A DNA stretch of 64,000 bases, from NCBI GenBank assembly GCA_965261345.1, contig OZ253449.1, positions 1,792,001 to 1,856,000 on the forward strand, given 5' to 3'. This document shows positions 9,680 through 19,814 of this stretch, in pieces. Position 1 is the stretch's first letter, and each line of letters starts with the position of its first letter. Made by a program: the position numbers and the translations under genes. Origin of the DNA: Chloroflexota bacterium. Its GTDB lineage: Bacteria > Chloroflexota > UBA11872 > VXNJ01. The notes under the pieces are model-generated. The model was not told where the DNA came from. It was given only the letters and a program-made list of their open reading frames with translations, and ran no database searches.

Positions 9680-9799
9680 TTATGTTCGGCTCGGCCGCGG
9701 GGCAATCCTTTTCTCCCGCCGCTGCGTATATAAATACATGCGGGGCCCAATCCATTACCAGTCTGCCCAGGCCGATCTTGGACTAAGAAAACTAGCCTG

Positions 9800-10450
9800 A
9801 TGATCAACTACGGCCGGATCGCGGCCTCAAAAGCAGCTTCCGCAAGCGCGGTCGACCCGGCCGCGATCGAGCGGGTATCACGCACCCAGGATGCCGAGCT
9901 CGCGGCCAGGATCTTGGAGCGTGACGGAGCAGCCCTGGCCGAACTGTACGACCGCCTGGCCGGTTTGCTGCACGCGCTGGCCCGCCAGCGGGTTCCGCCC
10001 GAGGTCGCCGACGAGATCGTCCAGGACACCTTCGTGCGGGTCTGGCGCCGAATCTCAACCTTTGATCCCGAACGGGGCCGGTTGGATTCCTGGGTGCTGC
10101 GGATCGGGCGCAACCTGACCTTTGACGAACTGCGGCGGATGCGCAGCCGGCCGCAGACCGTACCCGGCGATTGGTACCGGGGCGAGAACGATATCGATGA
10201 GAACGCGATTGATCCGGCGGCGGCGCTAGTCGGCGCGCAATTGCGGGCGAGAGTGCGTTCTGCCTGTTCACAGTTGCCGGCCGAGCAGGCCAAGGTAATC
10301 GAGCTGGCCTACTTCCAAGGCCACACTCAATCCGAAATTTCCGGGATTCTGCAAATCCCGTTGGGGACCGTTAAGTCGCGCACGCGGGCCGCGCTCATGG
10401 CGCTGCGCGACCGACTCCCCGACCTGGCCAAGCTTCCGTCAGGGTCCTGA
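9800..10450 (+). CDS. ECF RNA polymerase sigma-70 factor (SigK-like)
   Basis: D..ALAELYDR, ADEIVQDTFVRVW, FDPERG, LAYFQGHTQSEIS and PLGTVKSR. Confidence 0.92.
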   Translation: MINYGRIAASKAASASAVDPAAIERVSRTQDAELAARILERDGAALAELYDRLAGLLHALARQRVPPEVADEIVQDTFVRVWRRISTFDPERGRLDSWVLRIGRNLTFDELRRMRSRPQTVPGDWYRGENDIDENAIDPAAALVGAQLRARVRSACSQLPAEQAKVIELAYFQGHTQSEISGILQIPLGTVKSRTRAALMALRDRLPDLAKLPSGS

Positions 10451-10452
10451 GC

Positions 10453-11238
10453 ATGCCACCAGAGTTCGACCGCCAACGGATCGAGGAACTCCTCGCGGCG
10501 CGGGCATTGGGCTGCATCGATGCCGAGGACGCCCGCATGCTCGAGGCGATCCTGGCCGAGAATCCCGGCCTTGAGCGGGAGCTGTCCGAGCTGGAGGAAA
10601 CCGCCAGTCTACTCAGCTTTGGCCTTGACCCCTCTCATCCGAATCCCGAAGTGCGGCGGCGGGTGCTTGCCACCTGCGGCTGCCAGGTCGAAGCCTGGTG
10701 GAATCGTCTGGCCAACCTGCGCTGGTTCCCGGCGATGGCGACTACCTCGGCGGTGACCGCTTCGGTGCTGGTGGCGGTATTTGCCACCTCGAACGTCCTC
10801 AATTCGGAAATCGAGGGTCTGCAGACCCAGGTGGCCAGCGACAGCAGCAGCTGGCAGGTGCTCGAGCGCGAGTGCTCGGCCCTGGCTCAGTCCGAAGGAG
10901 GCGGGGTGTTGCTGGAGGGGCAGGGTCCGGCGGCGGACGCGCGCGGATGTCTTTTGATGACCTCGAATCCGCGCCAGGCGATGCTCTTCGTCTCGGGGCT
11001 CGACACGGTGGCGGTCGACGGCCACTCGTTCCGCGTTTGGCTGGGCGACGGCAACCGCGCCGACCTCTCCTACGGCGGGTCCTGTCCGGCCTGGCGCTCG
11101 GGCCGGGCGGTGGTGACTCTAAATACGGTCGCGCCGATCAATTCCTACCAGGACTTGGTGCTTACCGTCGAACCGGCCTCCCACACTGGTGACGAACCGA
11201 TCGGTGAGCCGGTACTGTGGGCCGATTTGAAGGTATAG
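10453..11238 (+). CDS. Anti-sigma factor (RskA-like)
   Basis: Directly follows the ECF sigma. N-terminal ELLAARALG, a TM segment, and a C-terminal RskA-like F.VWL…LVLTVEP…P.GEPVL. Confidence 0.85.
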   Translation: MPPEFDRQRIEELLAARALGCIDAEDARMLEAILAENPGLERELSELEETASLLSFGLDPSHPNPEVRRRVLATCGCQVEAWWNRLANLRWFPAMATTSAVTASVLVAVFATSNVLNSEIEGLQTQVASDSSSWQVLERECSALAQSEGGGVLLEGQGPAADARGCLLMTSNPRQAMLFVSGLDTVAVDGHSFRVWLGDGNRADLSYGGSCPAWRSGRAVVTLNTVAPINSYQDLVLTVEPASHTGDEPIGEPVLWADLKV

Positions 11239-11266
11239 GCGGAATCGGGCGCCGAACGCGCGCCCG

Positions 11267-13078
11267 CTAGCTGGATCGCGCCAGTGCCTCGGTCATTTCG
11301 GCATCGGCCAGCTCAAATCCGATCTCATACATCCGGCGGTAGTGGCCATGCTGGGCCAGCAGTTGCTCGTGCGTCCCGCGTTCGATTATTTGGCCCGCAT
11401 CGACGACCAGGATCTGATCGGCGTTCTGGATGGTCGAGAGGCGGTGGGCGATGACGATCGAGGTTCGTCCCTCGATCAACTTGGCCAGGGCCGATTGCAC
11501 CAGTACTTCGGTTTTGGTGTCGACCGAGGATGTGGCTTCGTCGAGCACCAAGATGCACGGGTCGATTAGCAGCGCTCGCGCAAACGAGAGCAGTTGTCGC
11601 TGGCCCACCGAAAGCTGGCTGCCGCGTTCGTTTACATAAGTGTCATAACCATAATCCATGGCCAAGATCGACTCGTGCAGGTTGGCGGTCTTGGCCGCAG
11701 CGATTACTTCCTCGCGCGAGGCTCCGGGCCGTCCGTAGGCGATGTTCTGGTGGATGGTGCCCCTAAACAGGAACGGGTCCTGCAGTACCAGGCCCATCTG
11801 CGAGCGCAGGGACCGCTGGGTGACTGTGCGCACATCGTATCCGTCAACTCGAATCGATCCCGAGGAGATGTCGTAAAACCGGTAGAGCAGGTTGACCATG
11901 GTGGTCTTGCCCGCCCCGGTGGCACCGACCAAGGCGAATGTCTGTCCCGGCTCGATCGCAAACGAGACCTTGTGGAGAACCGGTTGATCGGGCAGGTAGG
12001 AAAAATCCACCTGGTCGAAATCAACCCGACCGGATATGGCCGGCAGTTCAATCGCATCGCTGCGGTCCTTGACCAATTCCTCGGTTTCAATGATGCCGAA
12101 TATGCGTTCGGCCGAGGCCATCGCCGCCTGGAGTAGGTCAAAACGCACGCCGATCTCCTGGATTGGGCCGAAAAGCCGCTGCACATAAAGCAGGAACGTT
12201 ACGACCACCCCCAACTGCAGGGCACCTTCACCAAGCACCAGCGAGCCGCCGTAAACCAGCACCGCGGCAATTGCGACGGCCGCCAGAATATCGGTTACCG
12301 GGATGATGGTTACCCCGATCAATCGCGCTTTTCGGTGGGCGTCCAGTGTCTTCTGGGTAACCAGACCGAAAAGGCGTTCGTTCTCGCGCTCGCGGGTAAA
12401 GGATTTGGTGGTGCGGATACCCAGTATGCTCTCGGCCAGATTGGCGTTGGTTTCCGAGAGCAGGGCCCGGACCCAGCGATAGGCGCGCGCCGCATGAATC
12501 CGGAACAGCGCACCGAAAATGGCCAGCAACGGCATGACCGCAAACGCTACCAGCGCCAGCTGCCACGACAGGCTGAGCATGATGATAAATACGCCGCACA
12601 CCGTGATCAGGTCCACGACCGTCCAGACCAGCCCTTCGGTCATGACCTCGTTGAGGGTGTAGACGTCGCCCAGAAAGCGCGAGAGGATGGACCCGGAATT
12701 GGTGCGGTCAAAGAATCCCAGCGAGAGTCGTTGAATCTTGTTAAACATCTCCATCCGGATCTGGTACATCATCGACTGGCCGATGTTGCCGGTCGTCCAG
12801 ACCATTAATCCGGCCGCGACCGAGGCCGCGGTCGCCAGGAATAAATAGGCCAGCGACATTTGCCCGAGCAGGACGACATCACTGGCGGCGATGCCGCGGT
12901 CGATCGCCACCCCAACCACAATCGGCTGAATCATATTGGCAACCGTAATGACCGCCCCGAGCGTGCCAGCCAGCATCACGCGCCGCGGTCTGGCGAGGGT
13001 ATAGGCGAACATTCGGCGAAAGAGCCCGGCATTAAACGGTGCTCGCGCCCGCTCGATATCGTGCCGGTAGTGGATCAC
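11267..13078 (-). CDS. ABC exporter, fused permease/ATPase (heterodimer subunit 2)
   Basis: 6-TM domain, Walker A GATGAGKTT, signature LSVGQRQ, Walker B VLDEATS and IAHRLST. Confidence 0.95.
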   Translation of the reverse strand: MIHYRHDIERARAPFNAGLFRRMFAYTLARPRRVMLAGTLGAVITVANMIQPIVVGVAIDRGIAASDVVLLGQMSLAYLFLATAASVAAGLMVWTTGNIGQSMMYQIRMEMFNKIQRLSLGFFDRTNSGSILSRFLGDVYTLNEVMTEGLVWTVVDLITVCGVFIIMLSLSWQLALVAFAVMPLLAIFGALFRIHAARAYRWVRALLSETNANLAESILGIRTTKSFTRERENERLFGLVTQKTLDAHRKARLIGVTIIPVTDILAAVAIAAVLVYGGSLVLGEGALQLGVVVTFLLYVQRLFGPIQEIGVRFDLLQAAMASAERIFGIIETEELVKDRSDAIELPAISGRVDFDQVDFSYLPDQPVLHKVSFAIEPGQTFALVGATGAGKTTMVNLLYRFYDISSGSIRVDGYDVRTVTQRSLRSQMGLVLQDPFLFRGTIHQNIAYGRPGASREEVIAAAKTANLHESILAMDYGYDTYVNERGSQLSVGQRQLLSFARALLIDPCILVLDEATSSVDTKTEVLVQSALAKLIEGRTSIVIAHRLSTIQNADQILVVDAGQIIERGTHEQLLAQHGHYRRMYEIGFELADAEMTEALARSS

Positions 13079-14814
13079 CGGCGGATCGGTTGGGCGATCG
13101 CCTGCAGGCGAAAGATCTCGGCGTAGAGCCGATCGAGTTCCAGCAGCTCCGCATGGGTGCCGCGCTCGGTGATCTGTCCGTCCTCCAGCACCAGGATCTC
13201 GTCGGCGGCGCGCACCGAAGACACTCGCTGCGACACGATCAGCGAGGTCCGTCCCGCCAGCTGACGGTCGATGCTCATCTGGATCAGGCGTTCGGTCTCG
13301 GTGTCAACCGACGAGGTTGAATCGTCCATCGCCAGGATCGGCGCGTCCATCACCAGCGCCCGGGCGATTGTTACCCGTTGCCGCTGCCCGCCCGAAAGTC
13401 CCACCCCGCGTTCCCCGACGACAGTTTCGTAGGTTTCGGGCAGGGTGTCGATGAACCGTGAGGCTTGGGCCTGGCTGGCGGCCGACCGCACCGACTGCGG
13501 GTCGAGGTCGGGTCGCGCAAAGGCGATGTTTTTGCTTACGGTGTTGGTGAAAAGATAGGGGTCCTGGGCCACTGAAGAAATGTGCCAGCGCAATTCTTTG
13601 GCGTCGAAATCGGAAATCGGTCGCTGCCCGACTAGGATCTGACCGCGTTGTGGCTGGTAGTGGGCCTGCAGGAGATTGAGCAGGGTGGTCTTGCCGGATG
13701 CGGTCGGGCCGATAATGCCGATCGTGCCGCCGGCGCGCACGTTGAACGAGACTCCCTTAATGATCCAGTCGGACCCCGGCGAATAGCGGAACCAGACGTC
13801 ATCGAAGGCGACTGCGAGACCCTCGCGCGGGCGGTCTGGCGGCGGCGACTCCTCGACCACAGGCGGGCTGCGGTCAATGATTTCAAATATTCGTTCGGCG
13901 GCCACTATTCCGTTGATCATCCGCTGCACGAACGCTCCCAGCATCCGGGTGGGCTGGATAAGCGCCCCCATGTAGATGTTGAATGAGATCACGTCGCCGA
14001 TGCTGGCCTCGCCAGCGCCAACCAGTGAAAATCCATACCAGATCAGGACCACGGTTCCGATCGAGGACATAAAGAAAAGCACCGGCAGAAAGATCGCGAA
14101 ATAGCGAATCGTGCCGAGGATCTTTTGCACCAGGACTTCAACTTCGCCCTCGAACCGCTCAATCTCGCGGTCCTCCTGGGCGAAGGACTTAACAACCCGG
14201 ATGCCATTTAGGGATTCGGTCAGCACGTCGGTAAGGATCGAACGCTGGCGCATCACCGCCTGCCACTGGTAGCGGAATCGGCGCCCGAAATACAAGGTCC
14301 AGGCAATCATCAGTGGCAGCATGACCAGGGTTGCCAGGGCCAGTTTGAAGTTGATCGTAAGCATCAACGCGGCAAAGAAGGCGTACTTGCCCACCGATTC
14401 CGAGACCAGCAAAAAGCTCATCGCACCACCCTGGCTGGCAGATTGCACATCCGAGATGCCGCGTGTGATCAGGTCGCCCGAATTGTTGCGATCAAAGTAG
14501 CTGAAAGGCATCCGGTTGAGCGCCGCGAAATAGGCATTGCGCACGTCACGCGCAACCAATTGCGCGCCGTAGTGATTGGAGAATCCAAAAACGGCGGCAA
14601 ACAGTCCACGCAGCACCCACAGCCCTCCCGCCAGCACGGCGAACCGAACTAGGGCGGCGGTATCGTTGGACGCAATCCCTGAATCAATCGCCTCGGCGAT
14701 TGCCCGCGGAGCAAACCCTTCGGCGACGATCGATAGCGCCAGCGCGACCGCCGCCACCGCCCAGATCAATTGATGCTGACGGGCGAGCCGCAGCAGGCGC
14801 AGGGTTGCTTTCAG
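13075..14814 (-). CDS. ABC exporter, fused permease/ATPase (heterodimer subunit 1, degenerate site)
   Basis: GPTASGKTT and LSGGQRQR, with non-canonical MDDS Walker B and SQR switch, the degenerate half of a heterodimeric exporter. Start extended to CTG at 14814 behind a TAAGGA RBS (the ORF track uses 14769). Confidence 0.92.
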   Translation of the reverse strand: MKATLRLLRLARQHQLIWAVAAVALALSIVAEGFAPRAIAEAIDSGIASNDTAALVRFAVLAGGLWVLRGLFAAVFGFSNHYGAQLVARDVRNAYFAALNRMPFSYFDRNNSGDLITRGISDVQSASQGGAMSFLLVSESVGKYAFFAALMLTINFKLALATLVMLPLMIAWTLYFGRRFRYQWQAVMRQRSILTDVLTESLNGIRVVKSFAQEDREIERFEGEVEVLVQKILGTIRYFAIFLPVLFFMSSIGTVVLIWYGFSLVGAGEASIGDVISFNIYMGALIQPTRMLGAFVQRMINGIVAAERIFEIIDRSPPVVEESPPPDRPREGLAVAFDDVWFRYSPGSDWIIKGVSFNVRAGGTIGIIGPTASGKTTLLNLLQAHYQPQRGQILVGQRPISDFDAKELRWHISSVAQDPYLFTNTVSKNIAFARPDLDPQSVRSAASQAQASRFIDTLPETYETVVGERGVGLSGGQRQRVTIARALVMDAPILAMDDSTSSVDTETERLIQMSIDRQLAGRTSLIVSQRVSSVRAADEILVLEDGQITERGTHAELLELDRLYAEIFRLQAIAQPIRR

Positions 14815-14939
14815 CGCGGCGGATCCTTACATTAAGGAACGGTAATTGGGACGGTGCGCCACCGTCACGGCGAGGCGCAATATCGATTATCCCGCCCTGG
14901 ACGGGTGGCGCGGACGGACCGCTTCTCTTACGATTTGCC

Positions 14940-16808
14940 ATGACCCTGCCCAGTCACCCGGCCGAAAGCGGCATCGATCCGGCGCACATCAGTGCGTTGC
15001 CAGCCAGCCCCGGCGTCTACTTGTTCCGCGATTCGGACGGGACCGTCATATATGTCGGCAAGGCCGCTTCATTGCGGGCGCGGGTTCGCTCCTACTTTGG
15101 CTCGCGGCGCGGCTACACGCAGAAGAACCTGGCCTTGATCGAACGGATCGCCGGGGTCGAGGTGGTTGTTGGAGCAACCGAGGCCGAGGCGCTGCTGCTC
15201 GAGAGCAACCTAGTCAAACGGTACAAGCCCCGTTTCAATATCGCCCTCCGCGACGACAAGTCGTTTCTCTACATAAAGATTTCGGTCGGCGAGAAGTTCC
15301 CGAGGGTCTCCACCACACGTCGCGTTCTCGATGACGGCGCCCGCTATTTCGGTCCCTATGCGAACGCCAAGTCGCTTCGGCGGACCCTCAAATTGATCAA
15401 CAAATTGTTCCCGTTCCGGACCTGTGCCTTGGACATGGATCGCCTGTGGGATCGGCCGTGCCTCAAATTCCACATCGATTTGTGCAACGGTCCGTGCATC
15501 CGTGCGGTCGAGCCGGCCGAATACGCCGAGGTAATCGACTCGACGATCCGATTTCTGCGCGGCCGCACCGAACCGCTGGTTGCCGACCTGCGTGGGCAGA
15601 TGCGCGCCGCCGCCGCCGCGCAACATTACGAGGCCGCCGCCTTGGCCCGTGATCGCCTGGCGGCGATAGAGAGGGTCATGGCCGGCCAAAGGGCAATCGA
15701 TGACCGGGCCGGAGATATCGACGCTATTGGAATCGCGCGCGAGAAGCGCCAGGGGCTGGGGTTCGTGCTCAATGTGCGGGCGGGCCGAATCGTCGGCAAC
15801 AATTCGTTTGGCTTTGATCTGGCCGGGACCGAAGAGATTGGCGACATCGCCGGCGAGTTCGTGCGTGAGTACTATGCCCGGGCGGCCGACCTGCCCTCTC
15901 TGATCCTGCTTCCGGCGGTGATTGGCGAGCCCGGAATGGTTACCGCCGCGCTGAGCGCCAAGGCCCGGCGCAAGGTTTCCATCCTGGTTCCCAAACGCGG
16001 CGCCCGCCGCCAGTTGTTGGAGATGGCGACCAAGAATGCCGAGGAATCCCTGCGGATAGACCAACGCGCCCGTGGCAACTCGCGCCGCCGCCTGCGGACC
16101 GCGCTTGACCAGATCGGCGAGGTTCTGGCCCTGCGCCGATTGCCGCGCCGGATCGAATGCTTCGACGTATCGCACCTGCAGGGGTCCAACGTTGTGGCGT
16201 CGATGGTGGTCTTCGTCGATGGTCTGCCGCAGAAATCACAGTACCGGCGGTTTCGCATCAAGGGCGATTGGGGCAACGACGATTTCGCCTCGATGCGCGA
16301 GGTCATTTCGCGCCGCTTTGCCCGATTGGGGTCGCCCGGCGCGGCAACCGCAGGGCGAGGGCGCTCGGGTTTTACCGATCCGCCCGACCTGTTGGTCGTC
16401 GATGGTGGACGCGGACAGTTGAGCGCGGCCCTCAAGGGGCTCACCGACCAGCGTCAGATCGCTCTGCCGGTTGTGGCCCTGGCCAAGCGCGAAGAGGAGC
16501 TCTTTACAACAACCGCTTTGCGGCCGATCCGAATGCCGGCCAATTCAGATGGTCTCCACCTGCTGCAGCGTATTCGCGACGAGGCCCATCGGTTCGCGAT
16601 CAGCTACCACTCCAAGCTGCGCAGCCGCGGCGGACGCCGTTCGCAACTCGACGAAGTTCCCGGAATAGGCCCGGTCCGGCGCCGCCAGCTCATCAGGCAC
16701 TTTGGCTCACTGGCCGCAGTGCGCTCGGCCAGCGTCGAGGATCTGGCCAAGGCACCCGGGATTGGGCGATCCACCGCCGAGTCGATCCTGGCCGCGCTGG
16801 CCCCCTAG
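14940..16808 (+). CDS. uvrC: Excinuclease ABC subunit C
   Basis: GIY-YIG (PGVYLF, YVGKA..LR.RV.SYF), UVR domain, RIECFDVSH, DLLVVDGG.GQL, RIRDEAHRFA and C-terminal HhH motifs. Confidence 0.97.
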   Translation: MTLPSHPAESGIDPAHISALPASPGVYLFRDSDGTVIYVGKAASLRARVRSYFGSRRGYTQKNLALIERIAGVEVVVGATEAEALLLESNLVKRYKPRFNIALRDDKSFLYIKISVGEKFPRVSTTRRVLDDGARYFGPYANAKSLRRTLKLINKLFPFRTCALDMDRLWDRPCLKFHIDLCNGPCIRAVEPAEYAEVIDSTIRFLRGRTEPLVADLRGQMRAAAAAQHYEAAALARDRLAAIERVMAGQRAIDDRAGDIDAIGIAREKRQGLGFVLNVRAGRIVGNNSFGFDLAGTEEIGDIAGEFVREYYARAADLPSLILLPAVIGEPGMVTAALSAKARRKVSILVPKRGARRQLLEMATKNAEESLRIDQRARGNSRRRLRTALDQIGEVLALRRLPRRIECFDVSHLQGSNVVASMVVFVDGLPQKSQYRRFRIKGDWGNDDFASMREVISRRFARLGSPGAATAGRGRSGFTDPPDLLVVDGGRGQLSAALKGLTDQRQIALPVVALAKREEELFTTTALRPIRMPANSDGLHLLQRIRDEAHRFAISYHSKLRSRGGRRSQLDEVPGIGPVRRRQLIRHFGSLAAVRSASVEDLAKAPGIGRSTAESILAALAP

Positions 16809-16814
16809 GCCGGG

Positions 16815-17831
16815 CTAGTCCAGCTTTACCGCCTCGCCGCTGCGGCCCGACTGGTAGGCGGCCATTACGATCTGCAGATTGCGGTAGCCGGCGGCGAACG
16901 AAACCGGAGGCGGTCCTCCACTTTCCAGCGCGTCGGCGTATTCGGCGAATATGCCTTCAAAACCATAGTCCCAACCGGATCCGCCGGGCAGGCTCACCGC
17001 TTCGACGTTCTCGCCGCGCCGGATCGTAATCGGGCTCTCACCGCCGCGTTCAAACCGCATTACGCCTTCGCGTCCGTGCACCTCTGTCACCGGCAGCGCG
17101 CCGCCACCGGCCCAACCCTGGTTAATGATTGAGCGTGAGCCGTTAGTGTGGGCCAATTGGATCAGCCCGAGGTCCTCAACGTCGATATCGTGCACGAAGG
17201 TCCCAACCCCGGCATAGACCGAACTGGCCGGCGAACCCATGAAAGCCTCGGCTAGATAGAGCTGATGGTAGGCGTTGTCGATGACCGCGCCGCCGCCGCC
17301 GCGCGCCGCCTTGGATCGCCAGGTCGGATCGTAGCCAATCGCACCCTGGTAGTGGTCTCCGGAAAAATGCTCACAGCGATAGAGATAAGGGTCGCCGATC
17401 GCTCCGCTGGCGATTACCTCACGCGCCCGAACGTTGATCGGCTGCCAGAGGTAGTTGTGAATGATGCAGGCCGGCCGGCCGGCGCGTTCCACCGCGGCCA
17501 CCATCCGGTCGGCTTGGGCCATGCTGGTGGCCATCGGCTTCTCCATTAGCACCGCCTTGCCGGCGGCGGTCGCATCAAGCAGCGAACGCAGGTGCAGGAA
17601 ATGCGGAAGCGCCATATCGACCAGCTCAACCTCGTCGAGCGCCAGCAGGTCGCTCCACTCGGTAAACCGCCGGTTGGCGGGAACGTTGAGGAGGTCGCCG
17701 ATCAGGTCACGACGGACCGGCGTGGTGTCGCTTACCGCCACCACCTCGAATCGGTTCGCCAGTTCGGCAAACACCGGTGCGTGGCCATCCTCAATGATTC
17801 GCCCGCAGCCGATTATTCCGACTCTAATCAT
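16815..17831 (-). CDS. Gfo/Idh/MocA family oxidoreductase
   Basis: RVGIIGCG, EKP motif and GGGAVIDNAYH. Confidence 0.92.
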   Translation of the reverse strand: MIRVGIIGCGRIIEDGHAPVFAELANRFEVVAVSDTTPVRRDLIGDLLNVPANRRFTEWSDLLALDEVELVDMALPHFLHLRSLLDATAAGKAVLMEKPMATSMAQADRMVAAVERAGRPACIIHNYLWQPINVRAREVIASGAIGDPYLYRCEHFSGDHYQGAIGYDPTWRSKAARGGGGAVIDNAYHQLYLAEAFMGSPASSVYAGVGTFVHDIDVEDLGLIQLAHTNGSRSIINQGWAGGGALPVTEVHGREGVMRFERGGESPITIRRGENVEAVSLPGGSGWDYGFEGIFAEYADALESGGPPPVSFAAGYRNLQIVMAAYQSGRSGEAVKLD

Positions 17832-17880
17832 CTAGCCGGCACCGGGTCGTTGATCGGGCTCTGCGGCCTGGCACGGGTGG

Positions 17881-18732
17881 TCAATGGTTATCGCCGCCGA
17901 TATCAAATTTGAGCACTTCCCGCAGGTAGCGGGTGTTGTTGGCCAAGCTCTCCCGCGGAGTGGTTTGACTGCGGTCCAATTCGATCGTTAGCCAGCCGTC
18001 GTAATCGGCCTCGCGCAGAACCTGAACAAACCCCGGCGTGTCGACGATCCCTTCGCCTAGCTCGGAAAAGAACGCCAATGTCGGCGCCCGGCCCTCCTGC
18101 TGTTTGTTGGCCTCCGGGGTTTCCAATTCGGGCGAATAGTCCTTGATGTGGACGTAACTGATGATCGAAGCGTAGCGCTCGCACAGGGCCACCGGGTCGG
18201 CGCCGGCCTTGGCGATGTGGGCCGGGTCGAGAACCATCTTGACCTTGTCGGTATCGACCATGTCAAAAATCCGGTGGATCTCGCTCTCCTCCTGCACGGG
18301 AGTGGCCCAGTGCGGGTGGATGCCGGCGACTACTCCCATCTCCAGGCAGCGTTCGCCGATCTCATTGGCCACCGTCGCCATGGTTTGGAACTGCTGTTTG
18401 CTGGTGCCTTCGGGCAGGTGCGGCGCGGACGGCCCCAGGACGAGGCGGTCGGCCCCCATCGATGCCAGAAAATCGGCGATCCGCATGTTCCATTCGATCG
18501 TCGCCGCTTCCTCGCCGGCGGCCCAGAAGCGTGCGCCCCCGTAGAGGGCCGTCAAACGCACGCCGGCGTCGTTGAATTTGGCCTGCAATTCATCCTCGCG
18601 GCCGGCGAAATCGTCGACGACGCCGGCGAACGTCTCGGCCCCGCGGTAGCCGAATTCGGATATTTCCTTGAGCGCCAGATCCAGTTCTTGGCGCCAGGTT
18701 ATCTGGTGCACGGAGAGTCGAAAGGTGGCCAT
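17881..18732 (-). CDS. Sugar phosphate isomerase/epimerase TIM barrel (IolE-like dehydratase)
   Basis: ITW, IHPHW, LDPAH, YVHIKD, ELGEG.VD and GWLTIELD motifs. Confidence 0.88.
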   Translation of the reverse strand: MATFRLSVHQITWRQELDLALKEISEFGYRGAETFAGVVDDFAGREDELQAKFNDAGVRLTALYGGARFWAAGEEAATIEWNMRIADFLASMGADRLVLGPSAPHLPEGTSKQQFQTMATVANEIGERCLEMGVVAGIHPHWATPVQEESEIHRIFDMVDTDKVKMVLDPAHIAKAGADPVALCERYASIISYVHIKDYSPELETPEANKQQEGRAPTLAFFSELGEGIVDTPGFVQVLREADYDGWLTIELDRSQTTPRESLANNTRYLREVLKFDIGGDNH

Positions 18733-18803
18733 GGCGAGTTTGATCCTTCTTCCAGGTTGCAGTCAGGACTGATTGAATTTAATTTTAGTTGCGACGCCGT
18801 TGG

Positions 18804-19775
18804 TCAGGCCCAGTAGGCCTCGCCGGCGGGTTCGAAAACAGTGGCTTGGCGCAGGACGTCGATTCCTTTTTCCAGACCCTCTTTGGGCGACATCAGGCTG
18901 TCTTCGTGCTCAATCGAGAGCGCACCGTCATAACCTATGAGCCGCAATTCGGACACGATCGCCTTCCAGTCCTCAACGCCGTGGCCGTATCCGATCGAGC
19001 GAAAGATCCAGGACCGTTCGATCTCGCGGGTGTAGGACTTGGTGTCTAGCACACCGGTGCGATCGGCGTTCTGCGGATCTACCTTTACGTCCTTGGCATG
19101 GAAATGAAACATCGCTCCGGCCCGGCCGACCGCCCGGATGGCGGTGGGGATGTCCATCCCTTGCCACCAGAAATGCGAAGGGTCGAAGTTGGCACCGATC
19201 CCCTCGCCGACCGAATCGCGCAGCAGCAGCAGGGTGTCGATGTTGTAGACACAGAATCCCGGGTGGGCCTCAAGCGCGATTTTGGCGACGCCGTGGTCGG
19301 CGGCAAATGCGGTCTGCTCCTTCCAGAACGGGACAAGCACCTCGTCCCACTGATAGGCAAGAATCGCCGGATAGTCGGGCGGCCAGGCGCAGGTGACCCA
19401 ATTCGGGTAGGTCGCCCCGGGCGAGTCGCCGGGGCAGCCGGAGAATGTGATCACGGTGTCCAGGCCCAGCTTTTCGGCCAGCAGGATGGCGTTGCGCTGG
19501 TCGGCAAGGTGGCCTGCGGCCAACTCCCGGTTCGGATGAATGGGATTGCCGTGCATCGACAGGGCCGAGAGCTCCAGGCCGGAATCGGCCAGCACCTGCG
19601 AGAACTCGGCAAATTTTTCATCGCTGGCGAGGAGTTCGGCGGCGTCGCAATGGGCATTGCCCGGATATCCGCCGCAACCCAATTCGATTGATCCGCATCC
19701 GACGTCGCGCAGATAGCCGGCCACTTGGGCCAGCGGCCGGTCGGAGAACAGGACCGCAAAGACTCCGATTTTCAC
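18804..19775 (-). CDS. Sugar phosphate isomerase/epimerase TIM barrel (YfiH-like, candidate 3-keto-sugar hydratase)
   Basis: GTG start behind GGAGG. ELGCGGYPGNAHC, HGNP.HP, FSGCPG, NWVTCAWPP, EAHPG, NFDPSH, HFHAKD, WIFRSIGYGH and SIEHED. Confidence 0.9.
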   Translation of the reverse strand: MKIGVFAVLFSDRPLAQVAGYLRDVGCGSIELGCGGYPGNAHCDAAELLASDEKFAEFSQVLADSGLELSALSMHGNPIHPNRELAAGHLADQRNAILLAEKLGLDTVITFSGCPGDSPGATYPNWVTCAWPPDYPAILAYQWDEVLVPFWKEQTAFAADHGVAKIALEAHPGFCVYNIDTLLLLRDSVGEGIGANFDPSHFWWQGMDIPTAIRAVGRAGAMFHFHAKDVKVDPQNADRTGVLDTKSYTREIERSWIFRSIGYGHGVEDWKAIVSELRLIGYDGALSIEHEDSLMSPKEGLEKGIDVLRQATVFEPAGEAYWA

Positions 19776-19814
19776 TGTGGAATACCTCCCCAAAGAATCA
19801 TTTGGAAATATGGC

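Noticed and set aside
9463-9807. Four short ORFs in the aspS-sigma gap
   Set aside because: The region is better explained by a structured RNA (6S), and the ORFs lack an RBS and protein-like composition.
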